Below are positions 36,950 through 50,215 of a stretch of DNA of 64,000 nucleotides, in pieces. Both the position numbers and the translations under genes were made by a program. The notes below the pieces were generated by a model. The model was not told the origin of the DNA and searched no databases. It saw only the letters and a program-made list of their open reading frames with translations. How positions within the stretch are numbered: the first letter of the stretch is position 1; the number at the start of each line of letters is the position of its first letter. This DNA is from Squalus acanthias (taxonomy: Eukaryota), in contig CM059432.1 of assembly GCA_030390025.1 (NCBI GenBank), positions 152,336,001-152,400,000 on the forward strand. The letters run 5' to 3'.

Positions 36950-38163
36950 ATTCTTCTAGTCGAATTTTTATTTCCTCACAGAACTGAGTCAACCATGGTC
37001 AAATATTTTAATGTGACTGCGACTGTGGTCGATATTCCTCTTTAACCACTCTGTCGCTTTAGATTCATTCAACCATTCCATCCTCCTCCACTACCAACAT
37101 CTTGGCTCCATGGTCCACCTCTACAATACTACCCTCTCCTGATTGCATCCCTAGCTACCTCAACGTAGTCAGTACAACTTTTTCAAGGAATCCTCATCCT
37201 GTGCCAGCACAGGCATCTCTAGCGTGCCTGCAAATATGCAGTCAGTTTCCATGTGCATGCAGATGATACTGAACTTTACCTCTGACACCACTGTCATGGC
37301 TGCTGCTGTGCTGTCAGATAAAGTTCTCAACAAACCAGATTAATGAGAGGAAAGCCATCCTGTTTGGGCCACATCAGAAACTTTGCCTCAAGAGCTTACT
37401 TAAAAGCTATATCCAGTCCATCATCAAGCTTACTTCACTTCCTAAATACATTGACCTAAGCTTATTATCCTCACTGCTACTGAAACCCTCATTCATCCAT
37501 TCATTACTTCAAGAATTAATTTCTCCTCAGCACCTTTTTACACAAATATCTACTCATAACTTCAGCCCATATCCTATCCTGCAAAATGCCCTGAACACCC
37601 ATCTTGCCCTATTTGACCTCCACTCATCCCATCCCTAGCATATCCACTTTCCCTTCACCCTCTCCCCCCCCCCCCCCCGCCACTTTCAGTGGAGCCTACA
37701 GTCATCCCATCCTGGAGTCTTATTCTCTTCCTAAACCTCTTCAACCATTAACTAACCAACTCCACTAACTGTACTTTGCGATGCATTATATAAAAGTGCT
37801 AGATAAATGTTAGTATACAAGTTGTTTTTACTTGTTGTGTTCAAAACCCTCCATGTCCTCACCCCTCCCTATTTCCAACCTCTTCCAGCCAAGAACTCTG
37901 CGTTCCTCCAATTATGGCCTCTTGTGCATCCCCGATTTAGTTTGCCCCACCATTGGTAGCCGTGCCTTCATCTGTCCAGGTCCTAAGTTCCTAATTCCCT
38001 CCCTAAACCTCTCCACCTCTCTCTCCCCTCCTTAAAACCTACCTCTCACTTGTCTCAATCTCTCATGTGACTTGGTGTCAAATTTTGTTTGATATTATTC
38101 CTGTGAAGCGCCTTGGGACGTTTTACTATGTTAAAGGCGCTACATGAATGCAAGTTGTTGTTG
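36950..38163 (+). mobile_element. Degraded L2 LINE fragments with 3' tail
   Basis: Similar to 55226-56397 (ADD motif near 37260, tactgaaaccctcat); tail tgtgaagcgccttgggacgttttactatgttaaaggcgcta..aatgcaagttgttgttg. Confidence 0.7.
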
Positions 38164-38272
38164 TGCAATACCAACAAGGAACTTTGCGAGATTGCTCAAA
38201 TTCATTTTACCCTTACAAAACCAGATGTTCGGCCCATCAGGATGGATGCTGTGCATCCTCTTTGCTAGAGCA

Positions 38273-41200
38273 TTTTTTTTTTTAATTTGTTCATGGGAAG
38301 TGGCCATCGCTGGCAAGGCCAGCATTTATTGCCCATCCCCAATTGCCCTTGAATAGGTGGTGGTGAGCCACCTTCTTAAATCGCTGCAGTCCTTATGGTG
38401 AAGGTACTCCCACAGTGCTGTTAGAGAGGGTATTCCAGGATTTTGATCCAGCGACGATGAAGGAACGACAATATATTTCCAAGTCAGGATGGTGTGTGAC
38501 TTGGAGGGGAACTTGCAGGGGATGGTGTTTCCATGCGCCTGCTGCCCTTGTCCTTCTAGGTGGTAGAGGGCGCGGGCATGGGAGGTGCTGTCGAAGAAGC
38601 CTTGGTGAGCTGCTGCAGTGCATCTAGTAGATGGTGCACACTGCAGCCACGGTGCGCTGGTGGTGGAGGGAGTGAACGAATGTTTAAGGTGATGGATGGG
38701 GTGCCAATCAAGCGAGCTGCTCTGTCTTGGATGGTGTCACGCTTCAAGTGTTGTTGGAGCTGTACTCATCCAGGCAAGTGGAGAGTATTCCATCACACTC
38801 CTTATTTGTGCCTTGTAGATGGGTGGCAAGGCTTTGGGGAGTCAGGAGGTGAGACACTCTGCACAGAATACCCAGCCTCTGACCCACTTTTGTTGCTACA
38901 GTATTTATGTGGCAGGTCCACTTAAGTTTCTGGTCAATGGTGACCCCCAGGATGTTGATGGTGGGGAATTCGGCAATGGTAATCCCGCTGAATGTCAAGA
39001 GGCGGTGGGTAGACTCTCGCTTGTTGGAGACAGTCATTGCCTGGCGCAAATGTTACTTGCCACTCATCAGCCCAAGTCTGAATGTCGTCCAGGTCTTGCT
39101 GCATGCGGGCATGGTCTGCTTCATTATTTAAGTTGCAAATGGAACTGAACACTGTGCAATCATCAGCGACCATCCCCATTTCTGACCTTATGATTGAGGG
39201 AAGGTCATTGATGAAGCAGCTGAAGATTGTTGGGCCTAGGACACTGCCCTGAGGAACTCCTGCAGCGATGTCCTGAGGCTGAGATGATTGGCCTCCAACA
39301 ACCACAACCATCTTCCTTTGTGCTAGGTATGACTCCAGCCAGTAACGAGTTAATCCCGATTCCCATTGATTTCAATTTTACTAGGGCTCCTACACGCCAC
39401 ACTCGGTGAAATGTTGCCTTGATGTTGAGGGGAGTCACTCTCACCTCACCTCCGAAACTCAGATCTTTTGTCCATGTTTGGATCAAGGCTGTAATGAGGT
39501 CTGGCGCAGAGTGTTCCTGGCGGAACCCAAACTGAGCATCAGTGAGCAGGTTATTGGTGAGCAAGTGCCGCTTGATAGCACTGTCGACGACACCTTCCAT
39601 CACTTTGCTGATGATTGAGAGTAGACTGATGGGGCGATAATTGGCCAGATTGAATTTGTCCTGCTTTTTGTGGACAGGATATACCTGGACAGTTTGCCAC
39701 ATTGTTGTGTAGATGCCAGTGTTGTAGCTGTACTGGAACAGCTTGGCTAGAGGCACGGCTAGTTCTGGAGGACAAGTCTTCAGCACGACAGCTGGAATGT
39801 TGAATGGGGGCCCATAGCCTTTGCTGTATCCCATGCACTCAGCCGTTTCTTGATATCACGTGGAGTGAATCGAATTGGCTGAAGGCTGGCTTCTGTGATG
39901 GTGGAGACCACAGGAGGAGGTCGATATAGACCATCCACTCGGCACTTCTGGCTGAAAATGGTTGCAAACGCTTCAGCCTTGTCTTTTGCACTCGCATGCT
40001 GGGCTCCGCCATCACTGAGGATGGGGATATTCATGGAGTCGCCTCCTCCCGTTAGTTGTTTAATTGCCCACCACCATTCATGACTGCAGTGCTTTGATCT
40101 GACCCGTTGATTGTGGGATCGCTTAGCTCGGTCTATAGCATGCTGCTTCTGCTTTTTAGCATGCATGTAGTCCTGTGTTGCAGCTTCCCCAGGTTGGCAC
40201 CTCATTTTTAGGTATGCCTGGTGCTGCTCCTGGCATGCTCTTCTGCACTCCTCATTGAACCAGGGTTGGTCCCCTGGCTTGATGGTAATGGTAGAGTGAG
40301 GGATATGCCGGGCCATGAGGTTACAGATTGTGGTGGAATACAATTCTGCTGCTGCTGATGGCCCACAGATCTTCATGGATGCCGAGTTTTGAGCTGCTAG
40401 ATCTGTTCTGAATCTATCCCATTTAGCACAGCGGTAGTGCCACACAATACGATGGAGGGTGTCCTCAGAGTGAAGACGGGACTTCGTCTCCACAAGGACG
40501 GTGCAGTGGTCACTGCTACCAATGCTGTCATGGACAGACGCATCTGCGGCAGGTAGATTGGTGAGGGGCTGTGTCCTTCAGGACTCGGCCAGCTCGGTCA
40601 GTAGTGGTGCTACTAAGCCACTCTTGGTGATGGACATTGAAGTCCCCCACCCAGAGCACATTCTGTGCCCTTGCGACCCTCAGTGCTTCTTCCAAGTGGT
40701 GTTCAACAGGGAGAAGTACTGAGTCATCAGCTGAGGGAGGGCGGTAGGTGGTAATCAGCAGGTGGTTTGCTTGACCTGAAGCCATGAGACTTCATGGGGT
40801 CCGGAGACCATGTTGAGGATTCCCAGGGTCACTCCCTCCCAACTGTTTGCCACTGTGCCGCCACCTCTGGTGGGTCTGTCCTGCCAGTGGCACAGGGTAT
40901 GCCCAGGGATGGTGATGGAGGCGTCTGGGACATTGGCTGAAAGGTATAATTCTGTGAGTGCGACTATGCCAGGCTGTTGCTTGACTCGTCTGTGAGACAG
41001 TTCTCCCAATTCTAGCACAAGTCAGCAGATGTTAGTGAGGAGGGCTTTTCAGGGTTGACTGGGCAGGGTGTGCCATTGTCGTGTCCAAAGTCTGTCCCTA
41101 ATGGGTGGTCCGTCCGATTTTTATCATTCTTATTTATTCTCGTAGCGGTTTGTTACAACTGAGTGGCTTGCTGTGCCATTTCAGAGGGCAGTTAAGAGTC

Positions 41201-41473
41201 AACCACATTGCTGTGGGTCTGCAGTCTCATAGGCCAGACCAGGTAAGGACGGCAGATTTCCTTCCCTAAAAAGGACATTAGTGAACCAGATGGGTTTTTA
41301 CAACAATGATAGTTTTATGGTCACCATTACTGATACTAGCTTTTTATTCCAGATTTATTTAATTAATTGAACTTCAATTCCCCAGCTGCCGTGGTGGGAT
41401 TTGAACTCACATCTCCAGATCATTAGTCCAGGCCTCTGGATTACTAGCCCAGTAACAACCACTATGTTACCAT
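38273..41473 (-). mobile_element. Apparently full-length family Z LINE: tRNA-like head, ~0.4-kb leader, single decayed APE-RT ORF, 3' tail
   Basis: APE pieces 40755..41018 and 40528..40785 (TYRPP, VGDFNVHH), linker 39780..40493, RT 39205..39834 and 38934..39311 ([13 protein letters not shown]), tail at 38273-38350. Confidence 0.9.
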
Positions 41474-42562
41474 TCAAAACGACTCCCACTGCCCTGCTCT
41501 TCCCCTATGGCCCTGTATCAAATAAGGCCAGCATAGGCTTCCATTTAAAACACAGGTCCCAGAGGTATTTCCCACTTGAATGTACAAATTAATAAAGAAT
41601 GTTAATTAATTTAGTATTCCCTGATTCAAAGAATCAAGTGAACTAGAGTATACTACATGTAATAATTTCCACAACCTTGAAGCAGCACAGACATATTTAA
41701 CTTCATTATGCAGATGTTTCTTTTCTTACAATCGCCTACACCCAAAAAGGCAAGCTTAGCCACTTTCTTGAAGATTTATTTCATAACCAACAGAAAGAAA
41801 TGCACCACTTGGCCAAGTGATGTGCAAGATAGACAAGCACCTCTTTCAGTGTTTTACCTCTGGGCATGCTCAAATGTCCAACCTTGTTTTCCACATGCTC
41901 TTCAGCACAGACCAGAGCAGAATACACCTATTTTGTTCCAGCTGGAATTTTAATTGCATTTCCTTTCTTGCACTACTAACTGAGACCAACTGAGTCAAAA
42001 CTCAGACTAAGCAACATTGTACCCCCAAGGCAACAATCTCAGCTAAGCAATGATTTTTTTTGTTTAGATCAAACATCAATTTGTCTTGGAACCACTAAAT
42101 CATGTGTCCATCGTGCAGCAAGCTCCGAATCTACATGTTATGATATTTGCAATTAAGTTATGTAGTTATAGGACTACACCAATTCTTGCGTTTAAAAAAA
42201 AATAGCGACAGGTTAGCAGAGAACATGCTAGCAGAAAGATGACAACACATACACTGTACAGTAATGATCTATTTTTTCTGGATGATCCAGCGGGATTCAT
42301 TACTATTCTCTTCAAAACAGTGAAATGTTAAAGATCAAAATATGAAGAAATATACAGAGAGGATTCTATTGTTCTATACTGTACCTTTCCACCACTCCAA
42401 GAGGGGACTCTCAATCATAATCTTCTCTCAGTGACACTGAGGGGACTTGCTATAATGCAAACATAGTATTCCACTGCAGAGTAGGATAGAGTGCAAGAAC
42501 AAACTCCCTCAAAATGAAGCGCGTTGTAATTTAATTGTACCTTTCCCAGTGTCGGTTCTTTT

Positions 42563-45273
42563 TGGACACCCTCCAGGACAAAGCAGCCCACTTGATTGGC
42601 ACCCCATCCACCACATCAAACATTCACTCCCTCCACCACCGGCGCACCAATACCATCTACAAGATGCACTGCAGCAACTTGCCAAGAATTCTTCGACAGC
42701 ACCTCCCAAAACCACGACCTCTGCCGCTTAGAAGGTCAAGGGCAGCAGGCACACGGGAACACCATCACCTCCCAGTTCCCCTCCAAGTCACACACCATCC
42801 TGACTTGGAAATATATTTCTGATCCTTCATCGTCGCTGGGTCAAAATCCTGGAACTCCCTACCTAACAGCACTGTGGGAGTACCGTCACCACACATAATA
42901 GGAGCAGGAGTAGGTCATTCAGCCCTTTGAGCCTGCTCCGCCATTCAATGAGATCATGGCTGATCTTCTGCCTCAACTCCATTCACCAGCCCTAGCGTCA
43001 TATCCCTTGATGCCCTTACTAGTCAGAAATCTATCAACTTCTGTTTTGAATATACCCAATGACTGAGCCTCCACAGCCCTCTGGGGTAGAGAATTCCAAA
43101 GATTCACCACCCTCTGTGGAAAAAATGTCTTCTCATCTCAGTCCTAAATGGCCTACCCTTTATCTTGAGGCTGTGGCCCCTGGTTCTAGACTCCCCAGCC
43201 AAGGGAAGCATTCTCCCAGCATCCATCCCATCAAGCCCTGTAATAATTTTGTATGCTTCAATGAAATCACCTCTTATTCTTCTGAATTCAAGAGAATACA
43301 GGCCTAGTTTACTCAATCTTTTCTCATACAACAGTCCCGCCATCCCAGGAATCGATCTCGTGAACCTTCGTTGTACTCCCTCTAACTTCACATTTATCCA
43401 CATTATATTCCATCTGCCATGTTCTCGCCCACTCACTGAGCCTGTCGAGATCCCCTTGAAGCCTCTTCACATCCTCTTTGCAACTGACACTGCCACCAAG
43501 CTTTGTATCATCAGCAAATTTGGAAACGTTACATTTAGTCCCCTCATCCAAATCATTGATATAGATTGTGAATAGCTGGGGCCCAAGCACCAATCCTTGC
43601 GGTACCCCACTAGTCACAGCCTGCCATCCTGAAAAAGACTCATTTATCCCTACTCTTTGTTTTCTGTCTGTTAACCAATTCTCAATCCATGCTAGTATAT
43701 TACCCCCAAGTCCATGTGCCCTAATTTTGTTCACCAACCTCTGGTGTGGGACCTTATCGAAGGCCTTCTGAAAATCCAAATACACCACATCTACCGGTTT
43801 CCCTTTGTTTACTCCACTAGTTACATCCTCAAAGAACTCCAATAGGTTTGTCAAACAGGATTTCCCTTTCATGAATCCATGTTGACTCTGCCCAATCTTA
43901 CTATTAGTTTCTAAGTACCCAGTTATTGCATCCTTTATAATAGATTCCAGCATTTTCCCAACTACTGATGTGAGGCTAACAGGTCTGTAGTTGCCCGTTT
44001 TCTCTCTCCCTCCTTTCTTAAATAGCAGGGTTACATTTGCTATCCTCCAATCTGCAGGAACCATTCCAGAATCTATAGAATTTTGGAAGGTGACAACCAA
44101 TGCGTCCACTATTCCAATGGCCACCTCTTTCAAAACCCTAGGATGCAGGTCATCCGGTCCTTGGGATTTATCGACTTTTAGTCCCATTAATTTTGCTGGT
44201 ACTGTTTTTTTACTAATAATAATTTCTCTCAGTTCCTCATTCTCATCACACCCTTGGTTTTCTCGTATTTCTGGGAGGTTTTTTGTGTCTTCCTCCGTGA
44301 AGACAGAAACAAAGTATTTATTTAATTTCTCTGCCATTTCCTCATTCCCCATCTGACTGTAAAGGACCTACATTTACCTTCGCCAGTCTTTTCCTTTTAA
44401 CATACCTATAGAAGCTTTTACAATCCGTTTTTATATTTTTCACTATTTTGTGCTCATATTCCATTTTCCTTTCTTTATCAATTTTTTGGTCCCCCTTTGC
44501 TGATTTCTAAAAAGATCCCAATCCTCAGGCTGACCGCTTTTTCTGGCAACTTTATAAGCTTCCTCCTTTGACTTAATACTAGCTTTCATTTCTTTTGTTA
44601 GCCATGGTTGGATCACTTTTCCTTTTGGGTTTTTATGCCCTAGAGGAATATATGTTTGTTGCAAATTATGCATTATTTCCTTGAATGTTAGCCATTGTAT
44701 GTCCACCTTCATACCTTTTAATGTAGTCTCCCAATCTACCATGGCCAACTTGTCCCTCATACCCTTGTAGTTTCCTCTGTTCAGATTGGACTACATCACT
44801 CTCAAACTTAATATAAAATTCAATCATATTATGGTCACTTGTCCCTAAAGGCCCCTTTACCACAAGATTATTGATTAGCCCTTTCTCATTACACAGTACC
44901 AGATCCAGAATAGCCTGTTCCCTGGTTGGTTCCTCCACATACTGATCCAGGAAACCATCTCACATGCATTCCAAGAATTCGTCCTCCACACCATTAATGG
45001 TAACTTGATTTGCCCAGTCAATATGTAGATTAAAGTCCCCCATGATTACCGTATTGCCCTTGTTACATGCACTTCTAATCTCTTGATTGATACTGTGCCC
45101 TACATTACCATTACTGTTTGGTGGCCTATACACAACTCCCACCAATGTTTTCCACCCTTTGCTGAGACTGCAGTGGTTCAAGAAGGCGGCTCCCCACCAC
45201 CTTCTCAAGGGCAATTAGGGATGGGCAATAAATTCTTGCCAGCGACGGCCACATCCCGTGAACGAATAAAAAA
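42563..45273 (+). mobile_element. Family Z 3' fragment (42563-42895 and 45165-45273) split by a CR1 insertion
   Basis: ...gtgggagtaccgtcaccacac | gactgcagtggttcaag... is contiguous in the other copies. Confidence 0.85.
42896..45163 (-). mobile_element. CR1 LINE (part of APE, RT, 3' tail), internally deleted
   Basis: ORFs 44960..45214, 44666..44938, 44443..44760, 43324..44352 and 43104..43436. Confidence 0.93.
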
Positions 45274-45597
45274 GGTCAGATCAGGATAAATTGTTGCTCC
45301 AATCTCCATTCCACCAAAATAATGGTTATGTGGAACAGTCTCCCAGCAAAAGTTGATGAAAATCTTGAACAGAGGCTGAAAAAATTCTGGTTTGAAATTG
45401 GACTGGAAATTATATCAATCAGTATAGACTGCTGGTGAGGGAGAGAAGACAGTGTCCTGAGAAAATGGACAAATATTTTTCAGCGGACATCTGTAATTTA
45501 CCCAGATCAACTGTTATTTTATGTTGAGGTTTAATTAGAAATGGGTAATTCTACGAGTTCTATAAATTCTTGGAACCTTCCACAGCATGTTGTTGTC

Positions 45598-48003
45598 AAG
45601 AAGCACTGAGAGTAGCACGGGCACAGAATGTACTCTGGGTGGGGGACTTCAATGTCCATCACCAAGAGTGGCTCAGTAGCAGCCACTACTGACCGAGCTG
45701 GCCGAGTCCTGAAGGACATAACTGCCAGTCTGAGCCTGCGACAGGTGGTGAGAACCACCAACACGAGGGGAAAAACCTACTTGACCTCGTCCTCACCAAT
45801 CCACCTGTCGCAGATGCATCTGTCCATGACAGTATTGGTAGCAGTGACAACCGCACAGTCATTATGGAGATGAAGTCCCGTCTTCACACTGAGGACACCC
45901 TCCATCGTGTTGTGTGGCACTACCGCTGTGCTAAATGGGATAGATTCAGAACAGATCTAGCAGCTCTAAAACTGGGCATCCATGAGGCGCTGTGGGCCAT
46001 CAGCAGCAGCAGAATTGTATTCCACCACAATCTGTAACCGCATGGCCCGGCATATCCCTTGCTCTACCATTACGATCAAGAAAGGGGACCAACCCTGGTC
46101 CAATAAGGAGTGTAGAAGAGCATGCCAGCAGCACCAGGCGTACCTAAAAATGAGGTGCCAACCTGGGGAAGCTGCAACACAGGACTACATGCATGCTAAA
46201 AAGCTATAGACAGGGCTAAGCGATGCCACAATCAACGGATCTGATCAAAGTTCTGCAGTCCTGCCACATCCAGTCGTGAATGGTGGAGGACCATTAAACA
46301 ACTAACGGGAGGAGGCGGCTCCATGAATATCCCCATCTTCAATGATGGTGGAGCCCAGCACGTGAGTGCAAAAGACAAGGCTGAAGCGTTTGCAACCACC
46401 TTCAGCCAGAAGTACCAAGTGGATGATCCATATCGGCCTACTCCCGAGGTCTCCACCATCACAGAAGCCAGTCTTCAGCCAATTCGATTCACTCCACGTG
46501 ATACCAAGAAACGGCTGAGCGCACTGGATACAGCAAAGGCTATGGGCCCCGACAATATCCCAGCTATCGTGCTGAAGACTTGTGCTCCAGAACTAGCCGC
46601 GCCTCTAGCCAAGCTGTTCCAGTACAGCTACAACACTGGCATCTATCCTACAATGTGGAAAACAGCCCAGGTATGTCCTGTCCACAAAAAGCAGGACAAA
46701 TCCAACCCGGCCAATTACCGCCCCATCAGTCTACTCTCAATCATCAGCAAAGTGATGGAAGGTGTCATCGACAGTGCTATCAAGCGGCACTTACTCACCA
46801 ATAACCTGCTCACTGAGGCCCAGTTGGGGTTCCGCCAAGACTACTCGGCTCCCGACCCCATTACAGACTTGGTCCAAACATGGACAAAGGAGCCGAGTTC
46901 CAGAAGTGAGGTGAGAGTGACTGCCCTTGACATCAAGGAAGCATTTGACCGAGTATGGTATCAAGGAGCCCGAGTAAAACTGAAGGCAATGGGAATCGGG
47001 GGGAAAATGCTCCACTGGCTGGAGTCATACCTAGCACAAAGGAAGATGGTTGCGGTGGTTGAAGGTCAATCATCACAGCCACAGGACATCGCTGCAGGAG
47101 TTCCTCAGGGCAGTGTCCTAGGCCCAACCATCTTCAGCTGCTTCATCAATGACCTTCCCTTCAACATAAGGTCAGAAATGGAGATGTTCGCTGATGACTG
47201 CACAGTATTCTGCGCCATTCACAACTCCTCAGATAATGAAGCAGTCCATGCCCGCATGCAACAAGGCCTGGATGACGTTCAGGCTTGGGCTGATAAATGG
47301 CAGGTAACATTCACGCCACAGAAGTGCCAGGCAATGACTATCTCCAACAAGCGAGAGTCTAACCACCTCCCCTTGACATTCAACGGCATTACCATCGCCA
47401 AATCCCCCACCATCAACATCTAGAAATTCTGCGGCGAGTGTCTCACCTCCTGACTCCCCAAAGCCTTTCCACCATCTACAAGGCACAAGTAAGGAGTGTG
47501 ATGGAATACTCTCCACTTGCCTGGATGAGTGCAGCTCCAACAACACTCAATAAGCTCGACACCATCCAGGACAAAGCAGCCCGCTTGATTGGCACCCCAT
47601 CCACCACCCTAAGAATTCACTCCCTCCACCACTGGCGTACCGTGGCTGCAGTGTGTACCATCTACAAAATGCACTGCAGCAACTCGCCAAGACTTCTTCA
47701 GCAGCACCTCCCAAACCCGCGACCTCTTCCACCTAGAAGGACAAGGGCAGCAGGTGCATGGGAACACCACCACCTCCAAGTTCCCCTCCAAGTCACACAC
47801 CATCCTGACTTAGAAGTATATCGCCGATCCTTCATCGTCGCTGGGTCAAAATCCTGGAACTCCCTACCTAACGGCACCGTGGGAGTACATTCACCACACG
47901 GACTGCAGCGGTTCAAGAAGGTGGCTCACCACCACCTTTCTCAAGGGCAATTAGGGATGGGCAATAAATGCTGGCCTTGCCAGCGACGCCCACATCCCAT
48001 AAA
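45598..48003 (+). mobile_element. Family Z LINE, 5'-truncated within APE
   Basis: ORF 46323..47423 (366 aa RT, FADD) and 47438..48007; family tail. Confidence 0.93.
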
Positions 48004-48602
48004 CTAATTTTTTTTATAAGCTATCCAATTAGTCCCCCTCCCCTGCTCTTTCCCCATAGCCCAACAAATATTTCCCCTTCAAGTACTTATCCAATTCCCC
48101 ATGAATCTGCTTCCACCACACTTTCCAGCACTGCATTCCAGAACATAACTTGCTGTGCAAAATTTCTTTCATGTCGCCTCCCCCTATTACCTTAAATCCG
48201 TGTCCTCTGGTTACCGACCCTTCTGCCACTGGAAACAGTTTCTCCTTATTTACTCTATCAAAACCATGTGTGATTTTGAACACGTCTATCAAATCTCCTC
48301 TTAACCTTCTCTGTTCCAAGGAGAACAACCCCAATTTCTCTAGTCTCTCCACGTAACTGAAGTCTTGCATGCCTGGTACCATTCTAATAAATCTCTACAC
48401 CCTCACTAAGGCCTTGACATCCTTCCTAAAATGTGGTGCCCAGAATTGGACACAATCCTCCAGCTGGGGCCTAAAAGCTATCCAATTAGTCCCACTCCCC
48501 TGCTCTTTCCCCATAGCCCTACAAATATTTCCCCTTCAAGTACTTATCCAAAAGGTTTAGCATAACTTCTTTGCTTCTGTACTCTATGCCTCTATTTATA
48601 AA

Positions 48603-50215
48603 TGATGCGGAGATGCCGGCGTTGGACTGGGGTGGACAAAAATGAGAAGTCGCACAACACCAGGTTATAGTCCAACAGATTTATTTAAAATTACAAGCTT
48701 TCGGAGCTGTCGCCCCTTCCTCAGGTAAAGTTACAATGAGTGAATCTACAATATGTCACAGTATATAAACACAGAAACTGCAGAGATACAATCTTTCAGG
48801 GAAGGTGTCTTTACAGCAAAGACACACCAAGAGCACAGCCAAGACAATGAGATGTGTCACAGGGGGTCCAACGTGTCAAATCCTGCTGTCTGCAGTGTTT
48901 TTTATTTTGTGTGTGTTTTTTTGGGGGGGTTTGTTTTTTTGTGTGTTTTTTTTTAAACTGGAAAGACAGACAACGATGTCGAGTCACGTTCTGTAGCGTG
49001 ACATGAACCCGATATCCCTATTGAGGCCGTCCTCATGGGTGCGGAACTTGGCTATCAGTTTCTGCTCGATGATTTTGCGTTGTCGTGTGTCTCAAAGGCC
49101 GCCTTGGAGAACGCTAACCCGCAGATCCGAGGCTGAATGTCCTTGACTGCTGAAGTGTTCCCCGACTGGGAGGCAACAATCCTGCCTGGCGATTGTTGAG
49201 TGGTGTCCGTTCATACGTTGTCTCAGTGTCTGCATGGTCTCGCCGATGTACCATGCTCTGGGGCATCCTTTCCTGCAACGTATCAGGTAGACAACGTTGG
49301 CCGAGTCACATGAGTATGTACCATGTACCTGGTGGGTAGTGTCCTCACGTGTGATGATGGTATCTGTGTTCATGATCTGGCATGTCTTGCAGAGGTTGCC
49401 GTGGCAGGGTTGTGTGGTGTCGTGGTCGCTGTTCCCCTGACTGCTGGATAATTTGCTGCGAACGATGGTACTTTTGAGGTTAGGCGGCTGCTTGAAGGCG
49501 AGTAGTGGAGGCGTGGGGATGACGAGTCGAGCGTCATATCCCGTTCTTACGAGGGCGTCTTTCAGTGTCCGTAGGTGTCCATCGCGTTCCTCCTCGTCTG
49601 AGCAGATCCTGTGTATTCGCAGGGCTTGTCCATAGGGGATGGCTTCTTTAACATGGTTAGGGTGGAAGCTGGAGAAGTGGAGCATCGTGAGGTTGTCCGT
49701 GGGCTTGCGGTAGAGTGAAGTGCTGAGGCGTCCGTCTTTGATGGAGATTAGTGTGTCCAAGAATGAAACCGATTCTGAGGAGTAGTCCACGGTGAGTTTG
49801 ATGGTGGGATGGAACCTGTTGATGTTATCGTGTAGTCCTTTCAGTGATCCTTCGCCGTGGGTCCAAAGGAAGAAGATGTCGTCGATGTATCTGGTGTACA
49901 GCGTTGGTTGGAGGTCCTGTGCAGCGAAGAAGTCTTGCTCGAACTTGTGCATGAAGATGTTGGCGTATTGGGGTGCGAATTTGGTCCCCATGGCTGTTCC
50001 GTGTGTTTGGGTAAAAAAACTGGTTGTCGAAGGTGAAGACATTGTGGTCAAGGATGAAGCGGATGAGTTGTAGGATGGCGTCTGGAGATTGGCTGTTGTT
50101 GGTGTTGAGTACTGAGGCTGTCGCAGCGATGCCGTCATCGTGGGGGATATTGGTGTAGAGTGCCGATACGTCCATCGTGGCGAGGAGTGTTCCTGGTTCA
50201 ACTGGTCCATGGGTG
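48603..50215 (-). mobile_element. Penelope-like retroelement (Neptune-like), 5'-truncated: RT, Cys-rich linker, GIY-YIG endonuclease and 3' terminal repeat; 11-bp TSD ctatttataaa
   Basis: MDVSALYTNIPH, QTHGTAMGTKFAPQYANIFM, YTRYIDDIF, LYRKPTD, PCHGNLCKTC, NVVYLIRC..C...YIGET...RMNGH; TSDs at 48592-48602 and 50216-50226; one frameshift near 50020. Confidence 0.93.
48691..48728 (-). ncRNA. Minimal type I hammerhead ribozyme motif in the PLE 3' terminal repeat
   Basis: UUAC-CUGAGGA-A-GGGGC(GACA)GCUCC-GAAA-GC-UU-GUAA; stem I shows a compensatory change relative to UCAC/GUGA in the other copies. Confidence 0.82.
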
